Below are positions 1-9,030 of a stretch of DNA of 37,431 bases, piece after piece. The number at the start of each line of letters is the position of its first letter. Position 1 is the first letter of the stretch. The stretch comes from Promethearchaeia archaeon (GTDB lineage: Archaea > Asgardarchaeota > Lokiarchaeia > Sigyniarchaeales > SOKP01): the NCBI GenBank assembly GCA_029856105.1, contig JAHQWH010000088.1, positions 1 to 37,431 of the forward strand. The letters run 5' to 3'. Under the pieces are notes generated by a model. The model worked only from the letters and a program-made list of their open reading frames with translations, searched no databases and had not been told where the DNA came from. The translations under genes were made by a program, and so were the position numbers.

Positions 1-929
1 TCCAAATAACGAGCCCAGAGCAAATCCAACAATTCCTTGACGAAGAAGAACGCATGCTTAGAACAATGGTTGAAAAAGTCGTGAATTCAGGAGCAAACGT
101 TGTAGTTTGCCAGAAAGGAATCGACGACATGGCTCAACACTTCCTCTCGAAAGCAGGTATTATGGCTATAAGACGCGTTAAAAAGTCTGATATAGAAAAA
201 CTCTCTAAAGCTACTGGTGGAACGATTTTTACTAACATCAACGATATAACTCAAGACAACTTGGGATTCGCTGGCTTAGTGGAAGAACGCAAAATTATGA
301 ACGATAGTTGGATTTTCATTGAAGAATGTAAAGATCCTAAATCCGTTGTAATTTTAATACGGGGTGGAACTGACCTTATTATTGACGAAGCTGATAGGGC
401 AATTCACGACGCTTTATGTGTAACAAGAGATGTTATCGAAGATCAAAAAATTGTTGGCGGTGGTGGAGCTCCAGAAATTGAAGCGGCAATCCAATTAAGA
501 AAATATGCTCAAACATTAGGAGGACGCGAACAATTAGCAGTCGAAGTTTTTGCCGATGCGTTAGATATTGTACCGAAAACGCTCGCAGAAAATGCTGGAT
601 TAGACCAAATTGACGTGTTAATGAAATTGAGAGCTGCCCATCAAGCAGGTAAGAAATTTGCGGCTCACGATTTAGAAACTGGTGATATAGTCGAAAATAT
701 GATGGCTATAGGCGTTGTAGAGCCTACCGTAGTAAAAATACAAGCAATTAAAAGCGCTACAGAAGCAGCCTCAATGATTTTGCGCATCGACGACGTAATC
801 GCAGGCGTAAAAGGCGCTGGTGGACCTCCAGGTATGCCTCCTGGTGGTATGGGTGGTATGCCCCCTGGTGCAATGGGTGGTATGGGCGGCATGGGCGGTA
901 TGGGTGGCCTTCCTCCGGGTATGATGTAA
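1..929 (+). CDS. ths: Thermosome / group II chaperonin subunit (5'-partial)
   Basis: Frame is open from base 3 ([18 protein letters not shown]...). Motifs [38 protein letters not shown]; C-terminal GGM/PPG-rich tail. Confidence 0.97.
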   Translation, partial: QITSPEQIQQFLDEEERMLRTMVEKVVNSGANVVVCQKGIDDMAQHFLSKAGIMAIRRVKKSDIEKLSKATGGTIFTNINDITQDNLGFAGLVEERKIMNDSWIFIEECKDPKSVVILIRGGTDLIIDEADRAIHDALCVTRDVIEDQKIVGGGGAPEIEAAIQLRKYAQTLGGREQLAVEVFADALDIVPKTLAENAGLDQIDVLMKLRAAHQAGKKFAAHDLETGDIVENMMAIGVVEPTVVKIQAIKSATEAASMILRIDDVIAGVKGAGGPPGMPPGGMGGMPPGAMGGMGGMGGMGGLPPGMM

Positions 930-934
930 ATTTA

Positions 935-985
935 ATCAATCTTTTAAATTTTTTTATTCTTTCTATTTTTCTTTTAATTTTTTAC
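935..985 (+). terminator. Oligo-T archaeal terminator of the thermosome gene, overlapping the island's left boundary
   Basis: T-tracts (cttttaaatttttttattctttctatttttctttt) directly after the TAA at 929. Confidence 0.55.
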
Positions 986-1061
986 TTATATTTTGAGAGA
1001 GTCCACATCCAATTATATCAATTCCGTTAATTGCCCATTTAAGTTGTTCTTTTATATCTTC
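961..1061 (+). repeat. Dispersed repeat R, copy 1 (3' end of the intact small ORF)
   Basis: ttctatttttcttttaatttttt..atattttgagagagtccacatccaattatatcaattccgttaattgcccatttaagttgtt. Confidence 0.9.
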
Positions 1062-1187
1062 GGAATTAATAGATTTGCATAACATTGTTAAATCCACTCT
1101 TACTTCAAGTAATAATGCTATAAGTTCATCGAGAGTTTGATATTTTGGACCGTCTTCTTCTTCTTTTTTTATTTTATTTTCTGATAT
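963..1187 (-). CDS. Small 74-aa hypothetical protein, not in the ORF track; source of the dispersed repeat
   Basis: Manual translation: (M)SENKIKKEEEDGPKYQTLDELIALLLEVRVDLTMLCKSINSEDIKEQLKWAINGIDIIGCGLSQNISKKLKEK*. ATA codon preceded by SD-like GGAGCTGA with an in-frame TGA just upstream. The four paralogous 3' fragments vary mostly synonymously or conservatively in this frame. Confidence 0.75.
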   Translation of the reverse strand: MSENKIKKEEEDGPKYQTLDELIALLLEVRVDLTMLCKSINSEDIKEQLKWAINGIDIIGCGLSQNISKKLKEK

Positions 1188-1348
1188 TTTGCTTCAGCTC
1201 CAAATATTTATGTTTTTCCTATTGTTATGGATGTATCTATTTAAACAAAAATTAATTCTTTTTTGAATGCTTGATATGGATTTTTTTTCACACTTGAAGT
1301 TTAAATACATATTTTAAGAAATATTTTAAAATAGGCAATAATTCAAAA

Positions 1349-3415
1349 ATGGTTAAAGATAAAGAAGAAGCTCCTTATGGTTATATTTATAAAATTACAA
1401 ATACCATCAATGGAAAGGTTTATATTGGAAAAACTGGAAAAACTATAGAAGAGAGATGGAGTAAGCATTTAGAAAATGCGAAGGAGTTAAAGAGAGCGCG
1501 AGAAGCTAATCCTCATGAAAAGAAAGAAGGGTCTCATTTAAATAATGCTATCAATAAATATGGCCCCAATGCTTTTATTGTTAATCAAGAAGATGTTGCT
1601 TATAGTAAAGAAGAATTGAATGAAAAGGAAAGATATTGGGTTAATGAATATGATTCGATGAATCCAGATAAAGGTTATAATATGACCGAGGGTGGAGAGG
1701 GAGGTAGACAGAGTCCGGAAGTAATTAAAAAAATGACGGAGATAAACCAAGAGATAGCAAGGAATCCACAAGCCCTAGAGAAAATGAGTAAAGCAATTTC
1801 AGAGAAATGGCAAGATCAAAACTATCAAAAGAATGTAAGCGAGGGTGTAGCAAATAAATGGCAACAAGCTAAGTTTCGGGAGAGACAATTAAGAGCTAAG
1901 ACAGAGGGTAAAAGGGATATCCCAGATAGGAGAGAATTCTTAAAGGAAATCCTAAATATGAACAAAAAAGATTTAAATACTAAATATGATATGGATGGTA
2001 AATGTATTAATAAAAGAATAGAAGATATGCTTGGTCATCATGGACTAAAAAATTTTTCACAAGCAAAAAAATATCTTGGAGATAAAAATCTTGACGAAGT
2101 ATTAAAGGATATTAATAAATGGCAGAAGGACCACCATCAGAAACCTGAGATAAAGAAGGAAATATTAAATAAGCGAGAATTTTTAAAAGATATTAAAAAT
2201 ATGCAAGGAAAAGAGATCGCCCAAAAATATGATATGAATAGGTCAACAATTAATAAAAGAATACAAGAAATGCTCGGGGAACATGGAGTTCATAATTATA
2301 CAGAAGCTAAAAAGTACCTTGAGAATAAAGATTTAAAAAAAGTCTTGAATGATATAAATGAAAGATTTTCTAAGCAAGCTGAGCGATATCAGGGGACAAC
2401 GGATATAACGGATAAGAAACAATTCCTCCAAGATATTCAAACTATGCAAAAGAATGAGATCAATTATAAATACGATATGGATGCCAAAACTATTAATCAA
2501 AAGATAAGAGAGATGTTAGGAGAACATGGAATTAAGAACTATACAGAAGCAAAAGAATATTTAAAAGATAAAAATGTTGATGATGTATTAAAAGAGATCG
2601 AAGAGAGAAACAAAGAAAAAGAGGTTAAACCGGAATCTCAAGGAGAGGACTCAAAAGATAAAGGGGGATCGAAATCGCAGGATGATTTAAAGGAGAAAAC
2701 AGATAAGGATTCTAAGAGCGATGAAAAAGAAGATCTAAAAGAACCCTCTAAGGAAGAGAACGAAGATAATAAATCAGATAAGAATAAAGAAAATTCAGAA
2801 AGAAATCAAAATCAAGAGGGTTCTGATGAGAATTTAAGAGAAAAGGGGGAAAAATCGGTAGAAATAGAAGAAAGTATCGAGTCTAAAAATAAAGAGACGA
2901 TGGAGGAGGATATATCCAAAGAAGAAAAGGAAAACAATGTTAGGGATTTGGAGGAGATCAAAAGCAAAGATTCGTCAAATAGTGAAGAGGAAACAAAGTG
3001 TGGTAAAAATGTTGATGATATGGAGAATTTGAATCTGACAGTGAAAGAATATGCTGGAATCGATAAGAATTCTTCTGAGAGCGAGCAAGATATAACGTGT
3101 TTAGATGGGGAGCAAGACGGTAAGAATTCTTCTAAGAGAGAGCAAGATATAACATGTTTAGATGAGAACCAAGACAGCAAAAATTCGGGATCAATAAAAG
3201 AGATATATCTTGGTAATGAAGATATAAAATCTATTGAAACTGTTAAAGATATAAAGACAGACGATGAGAAAGATTATACGGACGTTGATGAAGGAGGTAA
3301 AAAGGAACGCCCTGATTATGCGTTTATTGATAATTATTTGGATAAAACTAAGGGAAGTGAAGTAAGTGAAGGTGGCAAAAGAGCTGAAAGAGGGAAGGAG
3401 TATAGACACACATAA
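1349..3415 (+). CDS. GIY-YIG endonuclease with three 81-aa HTH-like repeats and an acidic low-complexity C-terminus
   Basis: N-terminal GYIYKITNTINGKVYIGKT...R.SKH...E...GYN motif set. Repeats start at aa 190, 271 and 352. E/D/K/S/N-rich tail from ~aa 420. Confidence 0.85.
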   Translation: MVKDKEEAPYGYIYKITNTINGKVYIGKTGKTIEERWSKHLENAKELKRAREANPHEKKEGSHLNNAINKYGPNAFIVNQEDVAYSKEELNEKERYWVNEYDSMNPDKGYNMTEGGEGGRQSPEVIKKMTEINQEIARNPQALEKMSKAISEKWQDQNYQKNVSEGVANKWQQAKFRERQLRAKTEGKRDIPDRREFLKEILNMNKKDLNTKYDMDGKCINKRIEDMLGHHGLKNFSQAKKYLGDKNLDEVLKDINKWQKDHHQKPEIKKEILNKREFLKDIKNMQGKEIAQKYDMNRSTINKRIQEMLGEHGVHNYTEAKKYLENKDLKKVLNDINERFSKQAERYQGTTDITDKKQFLQDIQTMQKNEINYKYDMDAKTINQKIREMLGEHGIKNYTEAKEYLKDKNVDDVLKEIEERNKEKEVKPESQGEDSKDKGGSKSQDDLKEKTDKDSKSDEKEDLKEPSKEENEDNKSDKNKENSERNQNQEGSDENLREKGEKSVEIEESIESKNKETMEEDISKEEKENNVRDLEEIKSKDSSNSEEETKCGKNVDDMENLNLTVKEYAGIDKNSSESEQDITCLDGEQDGKNSSKREQDITCLDENQDSKNSGSIKEIYLGNEDIKSIETVKDIKTDDEKDYTDVDEGGKKERPDYAFIDNYLDKTKGSEVSEGGKRAERGKEYRHT
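1916..2610 (+). repeat. Three intragenic repeats with 243-bp (81-aa) period
   Basis: DIPDRREFLKEI..KYDM..INKRI..MLG.HG..N...AK.YL..K repeated at 1916, 2159 and 2402. Confidence 0.9.
3062..3186 (+). repeat. 57-bp (19-aa) tandem repeat, about 2.2 copies
   Basis: DKNSSESEQDITCLDGEQD / GKNSSKREQDITCLDENQD / SKNS. Confidence 0.85.
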
Positions 3416-5345
3416 ACAAGGGACATTATTTTGGCAAACGCGAATAAAAATAACGCAAGCTCCAGGAATATTCGTACCTAAAGAGATACCAGAAAGCGCG
3501 GTTCCATTTTATCAGAAACCGGGAGATATCAGGACATTTCTATACGATCCATTTGGGAAAGAGCCTTCGCGTACTTATGGTCTTGAATTAACCGCAAATG
3601 ATAAAATAGAGGTAATTTTTTTCACTAAAGCAGAATCTGAATCTGAGGCGATACAATTAGGACACGCGTGGCTCTCAAATTTGAAATATAAATTTATAGG
3701 TCTGGATGGAAATGTTAAGGCAAAAGTTATATTAAAAAGTAGCCAAGAATTATTGAAACGAAGTCAATTATTTGAAATAGTTCTCCCTATAGGATTTATT
3801 AAGGACAAAATTAATATCGTTGAAAGATTTATTAATGCCTTTTATTATAAGAACGATCATAAGGTACAGTTATTTCTCATGTGGCGGAGAGAACCACGCT
3901 CTGAAAACCTTGAAGAGCAATCTAATTTATTCAATTTAAGGGTTTTTATAAAATACGATTTAAAGAATTTCAATATAAACGATGAGTTAGAACTTAAAGG
4001 AATTATACAATTTTTATCAATGGATATTGAAAATCGGAAGGCAGAACGAGCACGAATTCTTAACCCCTCTCATATTTCAAATTTAGATATAATAAAAGGA
4101 GACGTGTTCAAAGATGATCAAGAGCGATTAATAAATGTTGTTCAGGAAGATGTTAATTTCGATTTTCCAGAGAATTTACCGCTACCCCGATTACCACATT
4201 TAAAGAACGAAAATGTTAGATATATAGACATAAACAATGATTTTAAGAAAGAAGCGATAAGGGTAGGAAATCACATAAAAGATGGTGTTATCACTAATCA
4301 TAAAACTTACATCCCGATTAATAAACTTCCTCAAGATTTAGCAATATTTGGGAAATCTGGCAGTGGAAAAACGTATTTTCTTGCGCGATTTATAGAAGAG
4401 CTTACCAATAAATCAAAAAATGTCGGGATTTTAGTTCTAAATGTAGCAAAAGAATCTCAAGAAATTTTCTATAATAATTTTATTAAAGTCAAATATTCTG
4501 ATGAGGGATTTAATATACCTTATTTTTTTAATATTGAAAAGAAATCCCTAAAAAAACATTTGCAGGAAACTGCTACTTACATATGCGCCTCGTTAGGATT
4601 AAAAAATGTTTTTGAAAAAATTATATACCGCACCGAAGTAGGTTTTTTAGAGTTAAAAGGTAGATTACCTGAATTCTTTATAGGCTTACTAAGAGGTGTG
4701 GAGACTTACATCAAAAATAATCCATATGGTCCTGAAGAACAAGCTAATTTATTACAAGTCTTTAGAAATCGAATGAACGTTTTTAACGAAGATAAAGTTC
4801 AAAATGTATTAAAAATAACAGATACTTTACCGAAATGGATTGAGGGTTGGTTGAACGGTAAAAACATATTCCTTGATTTATCCATGAGTAGTAAATTTGT
4901 AAAAATGTTGATTGTGAACGCGATATTTCAGCTAATAAGAACAGTTACAAAAGATAGCGAAGCTGAAGAGTTAAAGCATCTCATCGTTATTGACGAAGCT
5001 CACGCTATTTTAGAAAAACCTATTACAACTAATAGCGACGACGCTGATTTTATCATGAAAGAACAGATGGCAAAAATATTTTCTGAATTATTAAAGGAAT
5101 ACCGAAGTAGAGGAGTAGGTATTATAATCGCTGATCAATCTCCCGCTCGTTTGTTTGATGACGTAGTATCTCAACCAAGCATAAAAGTTATTTTTAGGGA
5201 GGATTACCCGAATAACCTCCTTTTTTCAGAAGATCCTATTGAACGACAAATTTTAACGCAGTTAGCAAATAGACTCGCATTGGTGATAAATGGTGCAACT
5301 GGGGAAAAATATCTAATCAAAACATTGGACTATGAATTATCATAA
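3366..5345 (+). CDS. HerA/FtsK/VirB4-superfamily ATPase (DUF87-like)
   Basis: Walker A GKSGSGKT, Walker B LIVIDEAH, EYRSRGVGIIIADQSP (Arg finger and Q motif). Overlaps the end of the GIY-YIG gene; start uncertain (GTG 3366 or ATA 3402). Confidence 0.88.
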   Translation: MKVAKELKEGRSIDTHKQGTLFWQTRIKITQAPGIFVPKEIPESAVPFYQKPGDIRTFLYDPFGKEPSRTYGLELTANDKIEVIFFTKAESESEAIQLGHAWLSNLKYKFIGLDGNVKAKVILKSSQELLKRSQLFEIVLPIGFIKDKINIVERFINAFYYKNDHKVQLFLMWRREPRSENLEEQSNLFNLRVFIKYDLKNFNINDELELKGIIQFLSMDIENRKAERARILNPSHISNLDIIKGDVFKDDQERLINVVQEDVNFDFPENLPLPRLPHLKNENVRYIDINNDFKKEAIRVGNHIKDGVITNHKTYIPINKLPQDLAIFGKSGSGKTYFLARFIEELTNKSKNVGILVLNVAKESQEIFYNNFIKVKYSDEGFNIPYFFNIEKKSLKKHLQETATYICASLGLKNVFEKIIYRTEVGFLELKGRLPEFFIGLLRGVETYIKNNPYGPEEQANLLQVFRNRMNVFNEDKVQNVLKITDTLPKWIEGWLNGKNIFLDLSMSSKFVKMLIVNAIFQLIRTVTKDSEAEELKHLIVIDEAHAILEKPITTNSDDADFIMKEQMAKIFSELLKEYRSRGVGIIIADQSPARLFDDVVSQPSIKVIFREDYPNNLLFSEDPIERQILTQLANRLALVINGATGEKYLIKTLDYELS

Positions 5346-5551
5346 TACAAGCAAAATACAAGTATAGAGTGCCAGTGGATTTCCATATTTCATATCTGAT
5401 TCTACATTCTCAAGATATTCATTAATAATTTCATAAGAATTTCCTTTGAAATCATACTCTGAATTTACCATTCAATACGAACTTTCATCATGTAAGCAAT
5501 TATTGAACTAGATAAATACAAAAAAATTAAACAAAAAAAAAATAGAATCCG

Positions 5552-5566
5552 GAACACACTCCCACC
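5552..5566 (+). repeat. 15-bp direct repeat GAACACACTCCCACC, left of the Rab-like gene
   Basis: Identical copy at 6832-6846; both are preceded by A-tracts. Confidence 0.75.
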
Positions 5567-5744
5567 ACCTCACTTCTCAGCTCAAACCATGATAATTACC
5601 AGAAACTGTTTTAAAAGTTTTAGACTAAGTGAAACCATTAATTTAAAATTAAATATCCATATTTTTATTATAGTCAAAGTGTATCGTTGTTAAAAATCAA
5701 TTTGAGGAGAGAAGAAGAAAATTCAAAGGGAGGAAAAAATCTAA

Positions 5745-6779
5745 ATGTATGACCTTCTGTTTGACGTTACAGTTCTGGGTTCTGAACAAGTAGGAAAAAA
5801 AACCTTTGCGAAATGTAAATTCTTAGATTTCAACGATCACGATTACATGTTCTCTCTTGGCATGGATTTCTCTCTAAAAACAGTCGAAATCGATGAGACA
5901 ATAGTTAAGTTACGTTTCATTATATATAGTTGCGCACAATATTGGTGGGAAGAGACTCCAAAAAGTATTTTACCAAGTATGGTTCGTGGAGCATTTGGAG
6001 CAATAATACTCTACGACGTTACAAACTCAAAATCTTTAGAACGGATTCCTCAGTGGATTAAGGTCGTAAAAGATAACGCAGGGGAGGTTCCAATTTTATT
6101 AGTAGGAAATAAACTCGATTTAAAACAAGAACGAGAAATAACAATAGAACAGATAGAAAAGATTAAAAATGAGCATGATATAGCGTCATCGATGGAGATT
6201 TCCGTAAAAACGGGAGAAAATATGGAAAAAATGGTTTCGAACTTAACCCGTATGATACTAAATAGCTATAAATCGATTGCGAAAGCTAGAATCGATGTCG
6301 ATGAATACAAAAAACGGATGATAACATACATAAATCAAGCAGAAGAAGGAGTTAATTTACCCGATGATTATCAAAATTTAGCAGAATTGATCGAACGGTT
6401 AAAGAACGCAATTAATACTATTATACATAGGAACGAACGAAAGGAAAAGATCGTTTATGGTTATGTCCTTTTAATTCGGAATTGTTTCGACTTATTAAAA
6501 GAACCTATTCTTCTCCTTGATAAAGAAATATTACAAACAAACATTGATCAAGCCTATAAAAGTATCCACGATATTTTGAGACGAGATCGATCAATCTATT
6601 ACAACACCCATTTAATGATGATGATGTTTCTTGGAACAGATCAAACTAGACAATTCTTCAGCAAGTATAAAGTAAAAGAACCCAGATCTCTAAAGCCCAT
6701 ATTACCTAAAAAATGGTACTTATATGCTTTATACCTCATATTTGCTATTGTAATTTTTATATTACTAAAAGCTCTTTAA
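5745..6779 (+). CDS. Rab/Ras-like small GTPase domain (degenerate G1/G3) with helical extension and C-terminal TM anchor
   Basis: GSEQVGKKT (G1-like), LGMDFSLKTV, GAIILYDVT, ILLVGNKLDL (G4), EISVK (G5). DxxG is absent. Hydrophobic tail WYLYALYLIFAIVIFILL. Confidence 0.85.
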   Translation: MYDLLFDVTVLGSEQVGKKTFAKCKFLDFNDHDYMFSLGMDFSLKTVEIDETIVKLRFIIYSCAQYWWEETPKSILPSMVRGAFGAIILYDVTNSKSLERIPQWIKVVKDNAGEVPILLVGNKLDLKQEREITIEQIEKIKNEHDIASSMEISVKTGENMEKMVSNLTRMILNSYKSIAKARIDVDEYKKRMITYINQAEEGVNLPDDYQNLAELIERLKNAINTIIHRNERKEKIVYGYVLLIRNCFDLLKEPILLLDKEILQTNIDQAYKSIHDILRRDRSIYYNTHLMMMMFLGTDQTRQFFSKYKVKEPRSLKPILPKKWYLYALYLIFAIVIFILLKAL

Positions 6780-6831
6780 TTAACAGAAAACTTTTGGATA
6801 AAACATAAAATCGAAAAAAAATTAAATTCAA

Positions 6832-6846
6832 GAACACACTCCCACC
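6832..6846 (+). repeat. 15-bp direct repeat GAACACACTCCCACC, right of the Rab-like gene
   Basis: Identical to 5552-5566. Confidence 0.75.
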
Positions 6847-6950
6847 CTTCAATCTCGAAACATTCGTATCGTCTGCCGCACTACTCTAATCCCTCACTCA
6901 CTCTAAGCCTAAATGTCTTAATGTATGACTTGGGCAGCATTGTTGAGTTC

Positions 6951-7673
6951 TTATGTTACAGAATGCAAAACAAAAGGAAAATAAACAAACATTATTTCGA
7001 TCTTAGAATTAAAACATAAAAATTGCTCCATTCTTATATCTCCAAAGCATGCAAACCCACAACTATAATGATATTCTAAATTCATTCGAACTAAAAAAGT
7101 GTCATTTAAGGCAATAGTATAAGAATTACTGGGAGACAAGGGGATTTGAGTAAAATTTAGATACCAATTGCCCTCCCAATTTGACGTATATTTATTAGTG
7201 GAATAATCCCAACATCGATCAGCCGCAAATATTTCTGTGTGGTTTGAATACTCTGCTTTAATAATATTATCATTGTTGTACGTGAGATATATTAACGATT
7301 CATTAGTAACATCCACTGAGTAAATAAAATTAAATCGATCCCCTGGAAATAAATGAAATCTATTCTTTTCTCCATCGATTTTCAGCTTTAAGGATTCTAT
7401 GAATTCTCTATCAATGTTATCATAATAATAATCAGAAGTATTTAATGGACCTTCCCCCCAGGAATCTCGATAATGGCAATACTTTTTATATTCAAATAAT
7501 TCGCTCTTTTCGATAACAGTCTCAAAATTTTCAACGTTTCCTTTATAATTTATCTCGTAATAGATTCTTGATAAAGCGGTAGAATGATTAACAATTAATA
7601 AGATTGGTATGATTACTCCAGCCGTTATTATTACTCCTATTATAACGGAGATATATAATAGCTTTTTTCTAAT
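6951..7673 (-). CDS. Membrane-anchored/exported hypothetical protein, ~240 aa (longer than the 121-aa track ORF)
   Basis: Frame stays open upstream of 7316 as far as 7679. ATT at 7673, after GTGAGGGA, gives (M)RKKLLYISVIIGVIITAGVIIPILLIV, a basic-plus-hydrophobic signal anchor. Confidence 0.7.
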   Translation of the reverse strand: MRKKLLYISVIIGVIITAGVIIPILLIVNHSTALSRIYYEINYKGNVENFETVIEKSELFEYKKYCHYRDSWGEGPLNTSDYYYDNIDREFIESLKLKIDGEKNRFHLFPGDRFNFIYSVDVTNESLIYLTYNNDNIIKAEYSNHTEIFAADRCWDYSTNKYTSNWEGNWYLNFTQIPLSPSNSYTIALNDTFLVRMNLEYHYSCGFACFGDIRMEQFLCFNSKIEIMFVYFPFVLHSVT

Positions 7674-7841
7674 ATTCCCTCACTTCCCTTCTTAATATAG
7701 TAATGATATTATAGGTTTTAACATTCTCTTCAACAGTGGAAAATAGTTCAGTTGATACTAAGAATTTTTTTGTTCATTTTTTTGTCTTCTTTTTTTAGTC
7801 TGACCTTAGAAGAATTTAGGATAACCACGTTTATATTTTTA

Positions 7842-8380
7842 ATGCTTTACCGAAATGGATTGAAGGTTGGTTGACCGGTAAAAACATCTTCCTTGATTTA
7901 TCCATGAGTAGTAAATTTGAAAAAATGTTGATTGTGAACGCGATATTTCAGCTAATAAGAACAGTTACAAAAGATAGCGAAGCTGAAGAGTTAAAGCATC
8001 TCATAGTTATTGACGAAGCTCACGCTATTTTAGAAAAACCTATTACAACTAATAGCGACGACGCTGATTTTATCATGAAAGAACAAATGGCAAAAATATT
8101 TTCTGAATTATTAAAGGAATACCGAAGTAGAGGAGTAGGTATTATCATCGCTGATCAATCTCCCGCTCGTTTGTTTGATGACGTAGTATCTCAACCAAGC
8201 ATAAAAGTTATTTTTAGGGAAGATTATCCGAACAACCTCCTTTTTTCAGAAGATCCTATTGAACGACAAATTTTAACACAGTTAGCAAATCGACTTGCTT
8301 TGGTGTTAAATGGTGCTACAGGTGAGAAGTACTTAATCAGAACATTAGAACATAGCCTAGATAAATTCAAGAATAGTTAA
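7842..8380 (+). pseudogene. Orphan 3' fragment of the HerA-like ATPase with an alternative C-terminus
   Basis: Aligns to 4822-5329 at offset 3020. Lacks Walker A; ends LIRTLEHSLDKFKNS instead of LIKTLDYELS. Confidence 0.92.
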
Positions 8381-8580
8381 TATTAATTATAACTCGTTAG
8401 AAAAAAAGATCTCAAATAACAAGTTATTAAAATTTTATGTGACAAAATCTTTTAGAATTTGTTGTTGGATATTTAACCAAAAAATATATACTCCATATCA
8501 TGAAAATTAAAAGAGTAAATAAATTAATACATTAATTTTTTTTAATATTTGAAACGAAATAGTAAAAAAAGGTTAAAAAT

Positions 8581-8700
8581 ATGAATGTTTTATTAATTAT
8601 TATTGTTATTGTAGTAGTAGTAGTAATTTGCGTTAGTTGGTATGAAAAACATAATAGGAGAAAAAAATCAAAAGAAGTGAATAAAAATGAAGCAAATTAA
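8581..8700 (+). CDS. Putative 39-aa single-TM microprotein
   Basis: MNVLLIIIVIVVVVVICVSWYEKHNRRKKSKEVNKNEAN*; AGG upstream; overlaps the start of the next ORF. Confidence 0.45.
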   Translation: MNVLLIIIVIVVVVVICVSWYEKHNRRKKSKEVNKNEAN

Positions 8701-8845
8701 AGTTATTGAATACATGAAAATTAAAGAAGTTGAGAGTGAACTAAATAAACATTTAAGCGTTCTGCCCAATAGTAGATTGGTTAGTATAACTTTTAATGTG
8801 AAAGAAAGAAGATATTACGGGTTTATCGAATTTGAACCAAATTAA
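8687..8845 (+). CDS. Putative 52-aa small protein
   Basis: MKQIKVIEYMKIKEVESELNKHLSVLPNSRLVSITFNVKERRYYGFIEFEPN*, followed by a long T-tract terminator. Confidence 0.5.
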   Translation: MKQIKVIEYMKIKEVESELNKHLSVLPNSRLVSITFNVKERRYYGFIEFEPN

Positions 8846-9030
8846 TCTTTTTTTTTTAATTTTTTATTAAATATTTTTAAATTTAATCTCAAGAAACAAA
8901 TTTAGGCGTAAGACTTATTTTAATAAAAATATAAAAGAAATTAAACACCATAAATATTTAATGATAAAAACCAAAATAAAGCAATAAATGATTATTTCAC
9001 TTGTTATATATAAAAGAGGTCTATAAAAAA

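Noticed and set aside
810-926. GC-rich ggtggtatg repeats as a separate repeat element
   Set aside because: They encode the normal GGM-rich chaperonin tail.
1349-3415. GIY-YIG as an intron/intein homing endonuclease or UvrC
   Set aside because: It is free-standing outside the thermosome ORF, with no splice or intein motifs and no other UvrC domains.
5340-5471. 43-codon minus-strand ORF (MVNSEYDFKGNSYEII...)
   Set aside because: Short, with no recognisable motif or supporting copy; it may be a remnant but cannot be supported.
7842-8380. ATPase duplicate as a DGR template/variable repeat pair
   Set aside because: Mismatches are not restricted to adenines, are largely synonymous, and there is no reverse transcriptase in the window.
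7871-8380. Track ORF as an independent functional 169-aa protein
   Set aside because: It starts at an internal TTG of the duplicated segment and lacks Walker A; treated as a remnant.
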